A DNA stretch of 60,183 bases, the filler included, from Squatina squatina (Eukaryota): assembly GCA_031763465.1 (NCBI GenBank). It is 3 parts of 3 records of this genome, joined end to end, with 100 filler letters (N's around TTAATTAATTAA, not from the genome) between each part and the next. Parts side by side here need not be neighbours in the genome. Positions count along the whole stretch, not along the records: positions 25,025 to 47,019 come from JARFOE010000176.1; positions 47,120 to 60,183 come from JARFOE010000013.1; 1 more part is not named here. One strand, 5' to 3'. The notes under the pieces are model-generated. The model was not told the DNA's origin. It did no database searches and saw only the letters and a program-made list of their open reading frames with translations. Positions 36,680-50,000 of this stretch are shown here, piece by piece (within the stretch, counting starts at the first letter, position 1; every line of letters starts with the position of its first letter). The position numbers and the translations under genes are program-made.

Positions 36680-37138
36680 CTCACAATATGGAGATAAAAC
36701 AGCAAATAAGTTGAAGATATTGATAAAAAGTATCAGACACTGATCAACTACTTAAAGAGGTGCAACCCTACAAAAACTCATTCACCATACTACAACAGGC
36801 CACTCAATACAAAAGCAAAATATTGTGGATACTGGAAATCTTAAATAAAAGCCACTCAAATTGTGTTGCTGAGCAAGCTAATTGTTCAATGGGAACAATG
36901 GAACTGAAAACCCCATCTGAATTGGTCCGTGGTCCTTGGTAACTGCTGCTCATTCGTCCCTGATTATTCAGCACATTAACTACCTCTTTACATTTTTTCC
37001 AGTTAGGGCAAGGATGCTCATGAGATAACATAACAATTNNNNNNNNNNNNNNNNNNNNNNNNNNNNNNNNNNNNNNNNNNNNNNNNNNNNNNNNNNNNNN
37101 NNNNNNNNNNNNNNNNNNNNNNNNNNNNNNNNNNNNNN

Positions 37139-37346
37139 CTTGCTACGTACTGGCTAAAAAAACTTTTCCTGAATGAATTTTAAGAATTCTGCTCCCTCTG
37201 TGCCTTTCACACTAATTCCATCCCAGTTAATATTAGGGTAATTGAAATCCCTCACTATTACTGTCCTGTTGTTTTTGCACTTCTCAGAGATTTGCCGACA
37301 TATTTGGTCCTCTATCTCCCTCCCTTGGGGGTCTGTAGTACACTCC
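37139..37346 (-). mobile_element. CR1 endonuclease fragment
   Basis: EIEDQICRQISEKCKNNRTVIVRDFNYPNINWD...GAEFLKFIQEKFF. Confidence 0.8.
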
Positions 37347-37348
37347 CA

Positions 37349-37965
37349 GGGGCCAAAATTGGCCTCTTTTAACGTCCCATTTGCTTTTGCGCCTGTCCAG
37401 CTGAATTTTGCGGATGGTCGGTGCATGCTGTCATCAAAACGCACGCCGACCCGCACCGCACATCCGCAATGCCCTCGCCGCTCCATTTGCATTCCACGGG
37501 GAAAGGAGGCGGCCGGAGCGCAGGGCGATTGCAGTGACAGGAAAACCTGTCACTGCAATGGGCCCCTTAAAGGCGAGGGCGTCTGCACCTCCGGTCGACA
37601 TTTTTTTTTAATCGGACGACTTTCTAGTCAGCGGATAAATGGCAGCCCCTCAGCCAGATCGGGCCACCATCGCATTGCCTGACATGCCGACTGGCGTGCC
37701 AGGCTGGTGGCCCGGTCGCAAGTCGCCCTGGTAGACTAAGGTAGCGCCCTTCAGAGTGGCCGGCGGCCCTCCTCTTTAAGGGAGGCCCGGTTCTTCTGCT
37801 GACGTCAGCGCGCTGTGCTGTGACACAGCGTTTGGAAGGCCGGTGGCATGGCGCTGAAGCCACAGAGCAGCGAATACCGGATAGGCCGGGGTGGACGACT
37901 CGGCGAGGAAATGCCAGCTCCTGCCCCGTACACGTTTCCAGCGCGCGGGAGCCAATTTCGGCCCC
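37349..37965. mobile_element. Non-autonomous Harbinger-like element (MITE)
   Basis: 15-bp terminal inverted repeats GGGGCCAAAATTGGC / GCCAATTTCGGCCCC (1 mismatch); GC-rich interior; abuts a CR1 fragment. Confidence 0.75.
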
Positions 37966-38609
37966 CTGGTCTTCCACAGCTTCTCGCAAATATCATCCAT
38001 TTAATGCTCAATTGGCAGGCGATGTTTGACGGCCTCACTTGATTTATCTCAGGGTTTGTGACATGGCACTTCTATCATTTATGAATTGATGAGCCAAACT
38101 TTGGCGCAATTATACAGCAGAACAGGAAAATGATTACATGCTGCAATTTCCCTGACCGTTAAATGTAATGATACACACTTCACTGATTACTAAAAGGTCG
38201 GATGCTGACTCTGCTGGCAAAAGAGCACAGGTTTCTTAATGTGTAACAGCTGCTGGAGTTGTGAGTGGAATCNNNNNNNNNNNNNNNNNNNNNNNNNNNN
38301 NNNNNNNNNNNNNNNNNNNNNNNNNNNNNNNNNNNNNNNNNNNNNNNNNNNNNNNNNNNNNNNNNNNNNNNNTCCTCCCACGCATGAGTGCAGAAGGTGG
38401 CTGCTTAATACAGTATGCATAGTACTAAATGGTATTTGTCCTGTGATTAATGGTTCCAGGAGAACATCCAGCTCTATGACCAAAACCGAAAGACAGAGCA
38501 GGAAGCAGGCACTATCTGGTGCAAGAGAAACATTCATTTGGTTTATGAAAGGTGCTGCCGCGATCCGACGGAAACATTCCCAGATTTTTATAAAGCTAGG
38601 TTGCATCCA

Positions 38610-38666
38610 TTACGAGTGCAAGCGGCAGGTCCAGGACCGTGGCTTCAACAAATCCAAGAAGGATGG
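38610..38666 (-). CDS. SOAT1: SOAT1 last coding exon
   Basis: ctttgcag|CCA; PSFLDLLKPRSWTCRLHS*, with the PRSWTC C-terminal signature; stop TAA. Confidence 0.92.
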   Translation of the reverse strand, partial: PSFLDLLKPRSWTCRLHS

Positions 38667-38984
38667 CTGCAAAGAATAAATACATTTTTGTTTTCAAAAT
38701 ACCATACAAAAAGAGTAAGGATGGTCTTAACAGTAAGAGATCTTAGTAAAACACATCAACACTGCAACTGGGTGCTCCAATCATCTTGGTATAAACATTA
38801 TCAGCGACTAAAAATTTGATTTTCTTACAGATTGTAACATTTGGATTTTTACTTTCCCTATGAAATCAGCCCGGTCAAACAAAAAGCAGCTTTCTTCTTG
38901 ACCCCATCCTGTTACACAATCTTTAGTATTCTTGTCCAATTATTAGAATAACCTCTTCCTGTTCATTTTTACATATAGACTTAC

Positions 38985-39130
38985 ATTAGTAAGGGGACAA
39001 TGCTGCTGGGCATACCACTCTTGTGAATATAGACAAACCAACATGCCCTGGCCCAGAAATAGCGACGTCCACATCACCACGTTCCAGACGGGTCCTTTCC
39101 GACGGTCATGCAGTACAAAATTGAACGCCA
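38985..39130 (-). CDS. SOAT1: SOAT1 penultimate coding exon
   Basis: gattag|TG...AAT|gtaagt; 146 bp, (M)[48 protein letters not shown]. Confidence 0.95.
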
Positions 39131-39303
39131 CTAATCGTGGGGGGGGTGTGGAGAGGAAAGAGAGAAAATCATTAACACTTGGAAGGAGCTTTCAGTATCA
39201 AGATAGCAGCTACTGAGCAGTTACTGACTTTTAAGTGCTAGTTGGTAGCTACCTAAACCACAGTATTTCATTCAATACCAAGGTTCCCTTCTACATATAA
39301 NNN

Positions 39304-39502
39304 GCGAGAGAGCCGGTAGATGCACTCGCGTGGCTGCCGCCTGCCTCTTAACACCGTTTGGCTGTCTGCCGCCACTCGCTCAAGCCGCTTATCGGTTAAC
39401 ATTTTTAGGTTAAATTTTGATTCCCGTTGTATAAGCCGACCCTAAATTATGCATCTAAAATTCAGGTCCAAGTTCTCGACTTGTACACCGGGATCCACGG
39501 TA
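39304..39502 (+). mobile_element. End of a Tc1/mariner-pogo-like non-autonomous element in a SOAT1 intron
   Basis: GTATAAGCCGACCC...CGACTTGTACACCGGGATCCACGGTA terminus ending in TA. Confidence 0.45.
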
Positions 39503-39983
39503 TTTTAAAAACTCTCACTGAGAATGCTGAAAAACCACCTAATGGTGGTAGACACTTTCAGTCATATATTAGTTTGAACTACGCATCTAAGTTAAAAACC
39601 ATTTTGCACGTTTGGGGAATTTTTTTTTATTGGCAACACTGGCAATGAATACTGTTCAGGGAGAGATGTTTATTGCATTTTAAATATAGACTAAGTGGAA
39701 AGGTCTCCATACAATTAATGTTGTTTAACATGGAGGTAAATATCATCCAACTGAAAGGAAGCAAAGCGGTTGTAATTCACAGGGTATTTTGGAGATTATT
39801 TGTATATTCATTGGACTACAGCCAGACCCATCTGCAACAGTACTAGAAATCTGAAATAAAACATAAAATGCTAGAAGTCCACAGATACTGTACAGTATTT
39901 TACAACATGCTTGAATAACTGTACCCATTGACAATGATCAGTGCTTACAGTAGACTCAGAAGTCAAAATAGAAAAATACTTAC

Positions 39984-40119
39984 TTCCAAAGCACATGAAC
40001 AGACAGAAGAGGACCGGATAGAAGAACCCAAAACAAACTGCCAGCACATACTCATGAACTACAGCAGACACCGTAAAGACTGATAACATAGCAGCAGCCC
40101 TAAACCGGTGGGTGAACAA
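39984..40119 (-). CDS. SOAT1: SOAT1 internal exon with the catalytic His (VHEY)
   Basis: tcacag|TTG...GGAA|gtaagt; 136 bp, LFTHRFRAAAMLSVFTVSAVVHEYVLAVCFGFFYPVLFCLFMCFG. Confidence 0.96.
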
Positions 40120-40719
40120 CTGTGAATAGATAAAAATTGAACAGGGTTAAGTCAGGCATTTGGAAAAGAAAGAAACATTACAAATGTTACAACCTGTGGT
40201 CGAATTGGAAGTTAAATAGGTCTTTTAACCATTTAGACCAGGGTAATTCAAGTGCAATCTGGAGAACTGCTTGCATAATCATTCAGGCTCTAAAACCAAT
40301 TCCAAGTTTAACTCAATTTCAGCATTAAATCTTATTTTTCATTGAACACCATAAACCTCTTCTCCAATCTATGCCATTTCCTGCATCATTCCCCAAGATT
40401 CAATCTCCTTTATGATACAAGATAACATGGAAATGCTAAAGTCCCTGTCTTTGCTTCCCCACACCTTTTCCAATCGATGCCAGGTCAGTTGCTTCTACTT
40501 GGTGTGCTGTATAGCTTTTAAAATATTAGGTATAAACTCCAAATAAATGAAATATTTTTAACAGTAAATATTGATGGTTTAAAAAAAACCCTTGAAAAAC
40601 CACTGCNNNNNNNNNNNNNNNNNNNNNNNNNNNNNNNNNNNNNNNNNNNNNNNNNNNNNNNNNNNNNNNNNNNNNNNNNNNNNNNNNNNNNNNNNNNNNN
40701 NNNNNNTGTCATTGAGTGA

Positions 40720-41000
40720 GCCTTTGGCTTAGTGGTAGCATTCGTGCCTCTGGATCAGAGAAGTGCAGGGTTGAAACTGCCACTGCAGACCGTGCTGATG
40801 AGTTGCTCTGAATTCTGCATTGGCATCCAGTGGGATGCTCGTATCTGTTGAGTAGGGTGCCCTGCCCCCTGCCATACGTTGTGTGAGCCCATAAAACCCT
40901 CCCACCTTCTGGGACTAACCACTCTATCAGCTGATATAAATATGGTTATGGCAGTGCAAAGACTGATGATCAGCCTGGGAATCCTTCCAGTGCTTCACAC
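40720..41000 (+). mobile_element. Old tRNA-headed SINE-like element in a SOAT1 intron
   Basis: TGGCTTAGTGGTAG A box and degenerate GGTTGAAACT B box; body unlike the other SINEs here. Confidence 0.35.
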
Positions 41001-43711
41001 TGTTCAAGGGAAGAATGTGAAAACAGTAACAACCCCAAGGTTTATTATTCCATTTATAATGTAATTGTAACAAGCCTTTCTTTTTGTTTGCACTGGGATA
41101 CCACTGTACATTTTTTTCATACTATGTGTGGTTGCAATCTGTGTAATGGGGGAAGCCCCCACAAAAGTAAGCTTTTTAAAAAATTACTTTAAATTTACTG
41201 GATAATCATTTCTAAAATCATATAGACATATACAAGTCCAAAGCAATAATGTGCACACCTACGTAAGTGAGAAACACGAGCCTGTATATGTGCACTAACA
41301 ACATTCAGCTTTTGCTCTTTGAATTTTTTAAAATTAATTCCATGCATAACCCATGAAATCTGTCTTTTTCCAACTGTGACATTTGACCAAAAATCCTGTA
41401 CAACTCTGATCATGAGATATGTTTGAAAAATCATTATAATCATAAGTAGATAGAGTTAATGTTCTTTTCATTAAAAAAAAATTCGTAAAAGTCAGGGATA
41501 TGTGGAATTGCATTTGGTCACTGAACCCGTTATAAGAACACTAGCTTTTATAACACATTAATGCCCACTCTCCCAGCCAAAACAGTCTCTCAGGTTAAAT
41601 AATGTATCTAGCAATGTCTCTGAATATTTAATTAATTGCTTCAGTAATTCAATAGAATAATTGATTATTGCGATAATTGGTTGAGCCCTACAGTTAGGAA
41701 AGTTTTACTGAGTTACTTTTGTACAGATAATAACATACAGTATATCTGTGAGGAATCTGTGGTACAAGAAGTTTGATCAATACCTTCAATTGTTACAGGA
41801 GGAGAGGTGTAAGACTGTCAAAAAGCTTAGAAAAATCTAGTTAGCATTGTAACATAATCACATGTAATCCTTGTTGATTTTCAATAAATTTCCATTTTTG
41901 CAATGTGCAAATGCAAATTTTGTTCTCAAATTATTTAATATTACTTTGCTTATCAAATTCTTGCTGGCTGTAACACATTAATTTGACATTTCTAGCAGTC
42001 TGTCCTGGGAAGAATGTGTCACAGTTTGTCTTACTTGATAAAAGGAACTGTATTTCCATGAAGCATCCCTTAAAAAGCCTGGTGCTTTCTTTGTAATAAA
42101 CAGCAGCAATGCCTGTGGGCATAATGGAGATATTGCAAAAGCCCCCAGAAACATGCTGTATCAATGCCGTGCATTGCAGCAGTTTTTCCAGTTGTGGGTT
42201 TTTTTTCTCCCAAGTGCCTCGTTTAGTGTAGAGAAAACTTTTATGCAGGATCTAAAACTATTCTGAGTCAATCTCCAATAAGGGGAATCAAGACCAGGTG
42301 TAATCTTCAGGTGAAATGGACAAGAGGCCAGCTGGTATTTGGACCAAGGTGAGACATAATTTAGTCCCCAATTTTAAAGTTGTACAGTCCCTTTTTTATT
42401 TTTATAGTTGAATTATAAATTCCTGTGTCTACATTTATAATGGAAACTGCCTACGTAGCCTTGCCACTCTGCAATTACACATTCCTGCTACTGGTCATAC
42501 TAACACCACCCCCAGGTATGATTGCAGTGTGATAAGTTTAATAGGCAGTTTTCAAATTGTTTTTAAATAGTCAATTACTATTGCAATCAATTTGGAAACT
42601 GCAGTGATGTGAGAAAGCAAAGCCTAAATGGGTCATTCATAGATTTTAACGTTTGCTTTTGAGTTTTGTTAGGGATTTGAAATGCAATACATTTTGGAGA
42701 CATGTTGATTCTGGATAATAAGCCTGAGACCCCTGAAGCACATACAATCTGCTTCATTAACTTCGCCTTTGTGTCTGTCCAGAAGTAGTGGTGCAGAGCG
42801 GATGTGTATAAGTTTGGTGGGTGTCAGAAATCTCAATCTACTGACTGAAATTGAAGATCCCTCTGGGATTTACTTTGACCGCAGTTTTGAGTCAGTAAGT
42901 GTGGTCTGCTATGTGCTAAGTGGTGTACTTTCCAACCTCGGCCTGAAAGGAAACTTCATGTTGCTTTGGGCTGAGTCGCAGGAGGTGCCTGTGAATTACC
43001 ACTTTCTTCCATGCTCTTAACCTCTCCTGCCTCCAACATTTTCTCCTCAAGGAAGAAATATCTGCGGATGCTATTCTTTTTAAATTCCTTAACTTACTTT
43101 GATTTTTTTTTGTGGTTTTATTTAATGACTGAGGCGAGGGAATTAAACATTTTCTACTTTAGGCAGCCAGTGTCACCATCCCGAACAGCCCTATCAGGTG
43201 CAACACATGTTTTCTACGATGTTGACTTTGCTGACACAGGTTTAATTACAGTTGCTCACTCCCCCTGGTCAGGAAGACCCTTTGAATACAGCACAGCTCC
43301 AGTTTTCTCCAAAACTAAATTGACTGACTGAGTCACTTATCACATCTCCAAAAATCAGAATTCAAATCTCAAAAGTATTCGCAATAGTCTATCTCAAAAA
43401 AAGAGTCGGAGAAGAAACAAACAGTTCTTTTGCATTCTTCACATTAACTGACATCAGTAATGTTATAAATACAGTAAAGCTGTCTACAAAATCATTAGAG
43501 GTACTTCTGCTGAATGGGAACCGAGAATAGCACTCCCTAGATTTAATTGCTCAACCAAGAACTCGTTAAAAAGGAAATTCTAACGCAGTCAGTCAGTGTT
43601 TTTCCAATTGTAATCTAGCATTAGAGGGCAATCAGAGCAGACCAAGTGAATCTGGATTCAGAGTCGCTCCACTTTCTCATGTCAACCCAATGGCTGGAAA
43701 TAGCTCCTTAC

Positions 43712-43810
43712 CCAGAGAAAGTCCTTGTAAGCATAATAGTACAGCCAGTCATGGACAACTACATTCCAGGTCCGGTAATAGTTTGCAAATGATGTGGAAT
43801 TCCACCAGTC
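43712..43810 (-). CDS. SOAT1: SOAT1 internal exon (FYxDWWN motif region)
   Basis: Not in the ORF track; ttcag|GAC...TGG|gtaagg; 99 bp, [33 protein letters not shown]. Confidence 0.96.
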
Positions 43811-45392
43811 CTGAATGGAAATGGAAAAGAGCAAATTTAGATTGATAATCAAAGAAAATTCTATTCTTATTGATCCTTAAAGTAGAATTGCATTCTATTT
43901 AATTGGCGCTTTTTCCTAATAGAATACNNNNNNNNNNNNNNNNNNNNNNNNNNNNNNNNNNNNNNNNNNNNNNNNNNNNNNNNNNNNNNNNNNNNNNNNN
44001 NNNNNNNNNNNNNNNNNNNNNNNNNNNNNNNNNNNNNNNNNNNNNNNNNNNNNNNNNNNNNNNNNNNNNNNNNNNNNNNNNNNNNNNNNNNNNNNNNNNN
44101 NNNNNNNNNNNNNNNNNNNNNNNNNNNNNNNNNNNNNNNNNNNNNNNNNNNNNNNNNNNNNNNNNNNNNNNNNNNNNNNNNNNNNNNNNNNNNNNNNNNN
44201 NNNNNNNNNNNNNNNNNNNNNNNNNNNNNNNNNNNNNNNNNNNNNNNNNNNNNNNNNNNNNNNNNNNNNNNNNNNNNNNNNNNNNNNNNNNNNNNNNNNN
44301 NNNNNNNNNNNNNNNNNNNNNNNNNNNNNNNNNNNNNNNNNNNNNNNNNNNNNNNNNNNNNNNNNNNNNNNNNNNNNNNNNNNNNNNNNNNNNNNNNNNN
44401 NNNNNNNNNNNNNNNNNNNNNNNNNNNNNNNNNNNNNNNNNNNNNNNNNNNNNNNNNNNNNNNNNNNNNNNNNNNNNNNNNNNNNNNNNNNNNNNNNNNN
44501 NNNNNNNNNNNNNNNNNNNNNNNNNNNNNNNNNNNNNNNNNNNNNNNNNNNNNNNNNNNNNNNNNNNNNNNNNNNNNNNNNNNNNNNNNNNNNNNNNNNN
44601 NNNNNNNNNNNNNNNNNNNNNNNNNNNNNNNNNNNNNNNNNNNNNNNNGTGTATAGAATTCCCCCATGCAGCATGAAATCTGCTCCAGGTGGAAATACTT
44701 GGTCACGAGCAGCAGTCCACCTTCAAAAACTGTCTCCTCATTTACACTTACACCTACACCACCCCCACCTTTGCTGGTCAGTTCCCATTGTGTTTGATTA
44801 TATAAAGCTTATCCTTTTCTGGCCTCATTACCCATTTGTAGGAAGCCGAGGGCAAGCTCCAATCAGTATTCCTGAAGTCAGCCTTTGGAAGATGACCTAG
44901 AGTGATCAGAGTTGATTTGGCCTCCATTTTTTCAGTATTATGTTAATGGCATAGCTAAATTGAAAATCTCTGTTATGGGAATTGTGGACACGTGCATGTG
45001 TTAGTCCCTACTATTTAGATAAAATACAACCATCACCAACAACCATTACTCTAGTTTACAGACAAAAGAACTGAATTCTGAAATCTTGATTTGTAGTAGA
45101 AAAATCTGTGCACATTAAGTACAAGCAATTATACGACTTACATTTTGCTGCATGGCTCTCCAGGAGGCATAACAACTCATCCAATGTAGCTCAATGCTAT
45201 TGTGTACTGGGTAATACTGTCAAGGAGACAATGAACTCTCCATGCAAGAGACAAGTAGTACTAAAAGAGCCCTCAAAATACTACATCATGATGCTCCTTT
45301 AGAGGGAATGAAGGCATCAGGCACAATAGATGGAAATAGCAGCAAGTCTCCAACCCATACTTCCTGAATTAAAAAGTCAGTGCAAAGGTTAC

Positions 45393-45490
45393 CTTGTAGA
45401 ACATCCGGTCAGCAAACTGCAGCATTTCAGCAAAGGCATTGAGCCAGCAATGCAGAAATGCAAAGAAAGCCAGGAACAGCACCAGCACAC
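45393..45490 (-). CDS. SOAT1: SOAT1 internal exon
   Basis: tttcag|GT...TACAAG|gtaacc; 98 bp, (G)[32 protein letters not shown]. Confidence 0.95.
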
Positions 45491-46228
45491 CTGAAACAAA
45501 CCAGAATGCAGCTTTAGGATACTCCCACNNNNNNNNNNNNNNNNNNNNNNNNNNNNNNNNNNNNNNNNNNNNNNNNNNNNNNNNNNNNNNNNNNNNNNNN
45601 NNNNNNNNNNNNNNNNNNNNNNNNNNNNNNNNNNNNNNNNNNNNNNNNNNNNNNNNNNNNNNNNNNNNNNNNNNNNNNNNNNNNNNNNNNNNNNNNNNNN
45701 NNNNNNNNNNNNNNNNNNNNNNNNNNNNNNNNNNNNNNNNNNNNNNNNNNNNNNNNNNNNNNNNNNNNNNNNNNNNNNNNNAGATACATTCTGCAATGTG
45801 ATCTCTCCTTGGCTCCACCCTCTACAAGCATGGCTAAAAATAGCTCAAAGGAATGGGATAATCATGTAAACTCTCACACCAGCAATCAACATGGAGGAAT
45901 TTAAATCGTCTAAACTGGGTATTGGTGCCACCTGAATCGGCTCTGCAAATAGTTTCATTTGGCAGTTATACTACCAGATAAGAGGCCATTTCCCACTGCT
46001 AATTTGGCGTTAAGTTTAGCCAGCAGCATATTACCATGTTTCTCCTTGACATTTGGAAGCAGGCTTGTTTCGTTTGTGCGGTCCAAACGCACTACTGCAT
46101 CAGTCTCCTGATCACTAATTTACTTTTGGCTGAGAATTATGGACACAGGGCATCATGTGGAACAAGCACTTCCTGTGTTATATTTGCCATTTCCACTTTC
46201 AGGATGAGTGTGTAAAGATGATCCATAC

Positions 46229-46358
46229 CTGGCAAGATAGAGTTGAAGATGCAAAGAACTAGGACTTTCAAACTGAATGGCTCCCGGCTAATGTTTCGGA
46301 ACAATGGAATACAGAGCCGCACAAAAATATAGTAGGCATAAAACAGGCAGCCCAGAAC
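46229..46358 (-). CDS. SOAT1: SOAT1 (ACAT1 sterol O-acyltransferase, MBOAT) internal exon
   Basis: tttcag|GTT...CCAG|gtatgg; 130 bp, [43 protein letters not shown](G). Confidence 0.95.
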
Positions 46359-47063
46359 CTGAAAGAAATTACAGAAATTTATTACAGGAATTTTTTTTAC
46401 AGCACAATCCATCATCACACCAGAATGAGAACCGTTGGATCTGTAACTCGTCAACACCAGGTTAGAGTCAAGGCCACACTGTAAACCTAATTTAAAAGGC
46501 ATCACCTGGTCACATTTCTCAGGTGCATTGCAAAGCTTCACACAATGAATTACTTTTAAATACAATCAGTTCAAGTAGACAAACGCAGCAGCGAGGTTAT
46601 GCACAGCAAGATCCACGAACAGCAATGAGGCAAATGATATGTTCATTTCTTTTTGGAGTAATGATTGATAATGGAATGTTGGCTAGGACATTGGGAGAAC
46701 CCCCTGCTCTTCTGAATAGTAGTTTTCTTTGGTTCTGGAGAGGACTGTTCGATTTGCTTGGTTTGCGGTCACTGGGAGGTCAATTTAACAAGTTTGGTGT
46801 CCTTTGAGACAACATGAGTTGTGATCTAGGATGATGCAACAGGGTAGGCCACAAGAAGGCTGTCATCATCCACGCACTTTGAATAGTGCCAGAGCATCTT
46901 CAATTTCCACCAGGACCAGCAAAATATGCACATGGGGCTTCAGTTAACATCTCATCCAAAAGGACACCACCTTAGTTAAGGTAGAAGTCCCTCAGTACTG
47001 TATTAGAGTGTCAGCTTACNNNNNNNNNNNNNNNNNNNNNNNNNNNNNNNNNNNNNNNNNNNN

Positions 47064-47075
47064 TTAATTAATTAA
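47064..47075. other. Artificial scaffold linker TTAATTAATTAA
   Basis: Identical N44-12mer-N44 layout. Confidence 0.95.
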
Positions 47076-50000
47076 NNNNNNNNNNNNNNNNNNNNNNNNN
47101 NNNNNNNNNNNNNNNNNNNACTTGACATTCCTTTTTTTGATTTTTTTAGTTAATGACACCAAAAAATCACAAACGGATTTTTTTTAAATTTATCACAAAA
47201 TACAATTTTTCAAAGATATTATGAAATAACTTCAATTTTCTTTGTTTGGCATCTCTGATCTCACACTAAAAGAAAGCAGTAGTGTGCTTTAATGTTAGTG
47301 ATACGTTTTGAATGTAAATAGTACATATTTTCAAAAGACAAAATTATTTCTTAGCTGAAGCAGAAAAGTAGCAGAATGACTGAGTTCATTTTTCTGCCTT
47401 TGTGCTAAAGAATCAGTAGGTTTTAAATTACACCATCTCAAGCCTTTGCTCTTCAATCCCTTAATCCTGATGGAGCAGAGGTTTCAGTTCAAGATAACTT
47501 CACGCAGAACATTAAAAAAAAGACTCAGTGAGCCTACCTCAAGTATGCTGATGATTTTTTCAGCTGCAATCTATCATTTGTGTCCTGCGGTATAAATGAC
47601 TTCAAGGCAAAACCAGTGTCAAATAATTAACGTATTTTCACTGAAAGCAATCAGCACCAAGAAGAATAGGGCTCCATCCTATTTTTTTGTAAGGTTGCAT
47701 GAAAAGCAATAAACGCGTTCACATGAGACACAGCAGCCATTTGTACCTGTGGTTTTCATCACTTTTGACTGGGGTTCCTTACACGAGTGAGTCTATCTGA
47801 ACTGCATGACTTCAAATGAAGAGGAAAGCAAGACTGACAGCTTTTACATCTGGTAGCCACCACACTGCCTCTCATTCAGTCAAATAAGTTACGTCAGGTT
47901 TCAGAAAGTTAGAGAGCTGAATTAAAGCAATTATGTCTGCAAAATGTTTCTGGCTGACATCGGACATATATACTTTTATGTCAATCATTGCCATGTGTTT
48001 TTAATAAAACATATACTTTGCATACCTACAATTAATCTTATTCTGTTAATTTTGCCTTGCCAAAATATTACAGGCCTAAACATGTCTAATTTTACATAAA
48101 CGACAAAGCCACATCAGAAAGTGTATGCAGTTATTAAAATTGCTCGATTCTAACTATATTGTGTATTCATGTGTCATCCCCATCATCTGTAATAATCTCC
48201 AGGTGCTGTACTTTTTGAATGATCAAAGGACAACGAGGATAATTAGTGATATATGGAATTAATTCTGGTCTAGGGTTTTTTAATTAAAAATATTCAATGA
48301 TATTTGCACAATGAGTTAATCAAACAGAAATCCCCCAGCTTACTTAAATGTGTGTACATTTCATAACAGATTAATCGGAAGTACACTAACTTTTAACAAA
48401 TATTTTGGGTTTGCTAGATAGACTATAACATTTCTTAAAAGTTTCTTGAACTTTAGGATAATCTATTAATAATATGTTTNNNNNNNNNNNNNNNNNNNNN
48501 NNNNNNNNNNNNNNNNNNNNNNNNNNNNNNNNNNNNNNNNNNNNNNNNNNNNNNNNNNNNNNNNNNNNNNNNNNNNNNNAACATTTCTTAAAAGTTTCTT
48601 GAACTTTAGGATAATCTATTAATAATATGTTTACTCAACTGATTAATGTTATTTATCTCTTTGTTTTCACCAGAAAAAAAATCCACTGAAGTGAATGAAA
48701 AAAGTCTCACGTGAGGCCAAAAGGTTAAGACATGTGTACAGCAGCATATGAAGCCTACAAATAATTGCAGCTAATTTTACATCTGGCTGCAGGAAAAATA
48801 ATGGGCGAAACAATCCAGTATGAATAGTTTCAAGTTTAACTCTCCTTCATTTATAACAGTTAAATACAAGTTTCACACATTACAGCTAAAAATGAGCCAG
48901 CTATTAAGCTAATAGTTTTGTCAACAACTAGAAAAACAGAATAACTTGGCCTACTTGGAATTCCTTACCTTATTTTACTGCAAGCCTCATCAAAATTTAT
49001 TTGACCTTAATCATTGTTTCCATCAGTTTTACTGTGATGTAAAAACCTCTTCAAAACATTGCTTTCTCTTTCGCTACATAGTCCTAAACCTAAGCAACTG
49101 TCTCTGTTGTTACAACAACCACATCCCGAGTCCTGCTTTGGAATGAAGAAGGTGTAATTATGTCCTCTTCGCAATCTTTTTTAGATTTCTACTGATGCTA
49201 GGGAGTCTAATCTCATTCTCGCTTCTGCACCGCAGACCACAGCCTGTTTCGAGCAGCCTGGAAATCTCTTACATCTGGAGAAGCAATAATTCATAGGATT
49301 TTACTTGACAGCCATGACAGGCAGCGGGGTAGCCAGAAACAACTGTCTCTTATGTTGGACTATTTGCAAAAAGTCAGGAAAGGAGGAGCAGGCATAGGAC
49401 CACATCCTTTCGCAGCATATGCTGGCGGATGGAACTCTTTCATTGTCTGCCAATTGGTCTGCAAAACGGCCTTAAATATCACATTGACAGTAGCTATCAC
49501 TTCCANNNNNNNNNNNNNNNNNNNNNNNNNNNNNNNNNNNNNNNNNNNNNNNNNNNNNNNNNNNNNNNNNNNNNNNNNNNNNNNNNNNNNNNNNNNNNNN
49601 NNNNNGGCACGCAAATGGGGGTTGGCAAGTATGATGCCATGATGCCATGATGACAGAGAAACACAAACCCGTCTCCCTTAAAGTCATGGCTAGCTCTGGT
49701 TTGTCCCCTACCCCCACCCACGACTGGTGCTCACTGGCTGCACCTAGAAACAGCAATAGTGCAACCTAGGTACTGTAGTCACTTCAGCAGTCAATGCAAG
49801 AAAACCAACTCTGCTACTTAATGCAGTGAACTGCATCTGCATTCTTTACCAGCTTTTGTAATAAGGTATGCTCATTTCCACAGTGTGATGGCTGATACAC
49901 CGTGTGTCAGTGTCAGGTTAATAAATATAATAATGGAAGTTGTCTTTCATAAAAAAGACATTTTGCACTGCCTATAGTCGACTTTGTGATGTCAGCAGTT

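Noticed and set aside
37242-38042. Cluster of Arg/Pro/Gly-rich ORFs on both strands
   Set aside because: A by-product of the GC-rich MITE having few stop codons.
43867-44706. Longest ORFs in the track (250-280 aa)
   Set aside because: They consist almost entirely of X residues from an N gap; the same applies to all gap-spanning ORFs.
48428-48632. Exact ~52-bp direct repeat
   Set aside because: Identical sequence on both sides of a 100-N gap, so an unmerged contig overlap.
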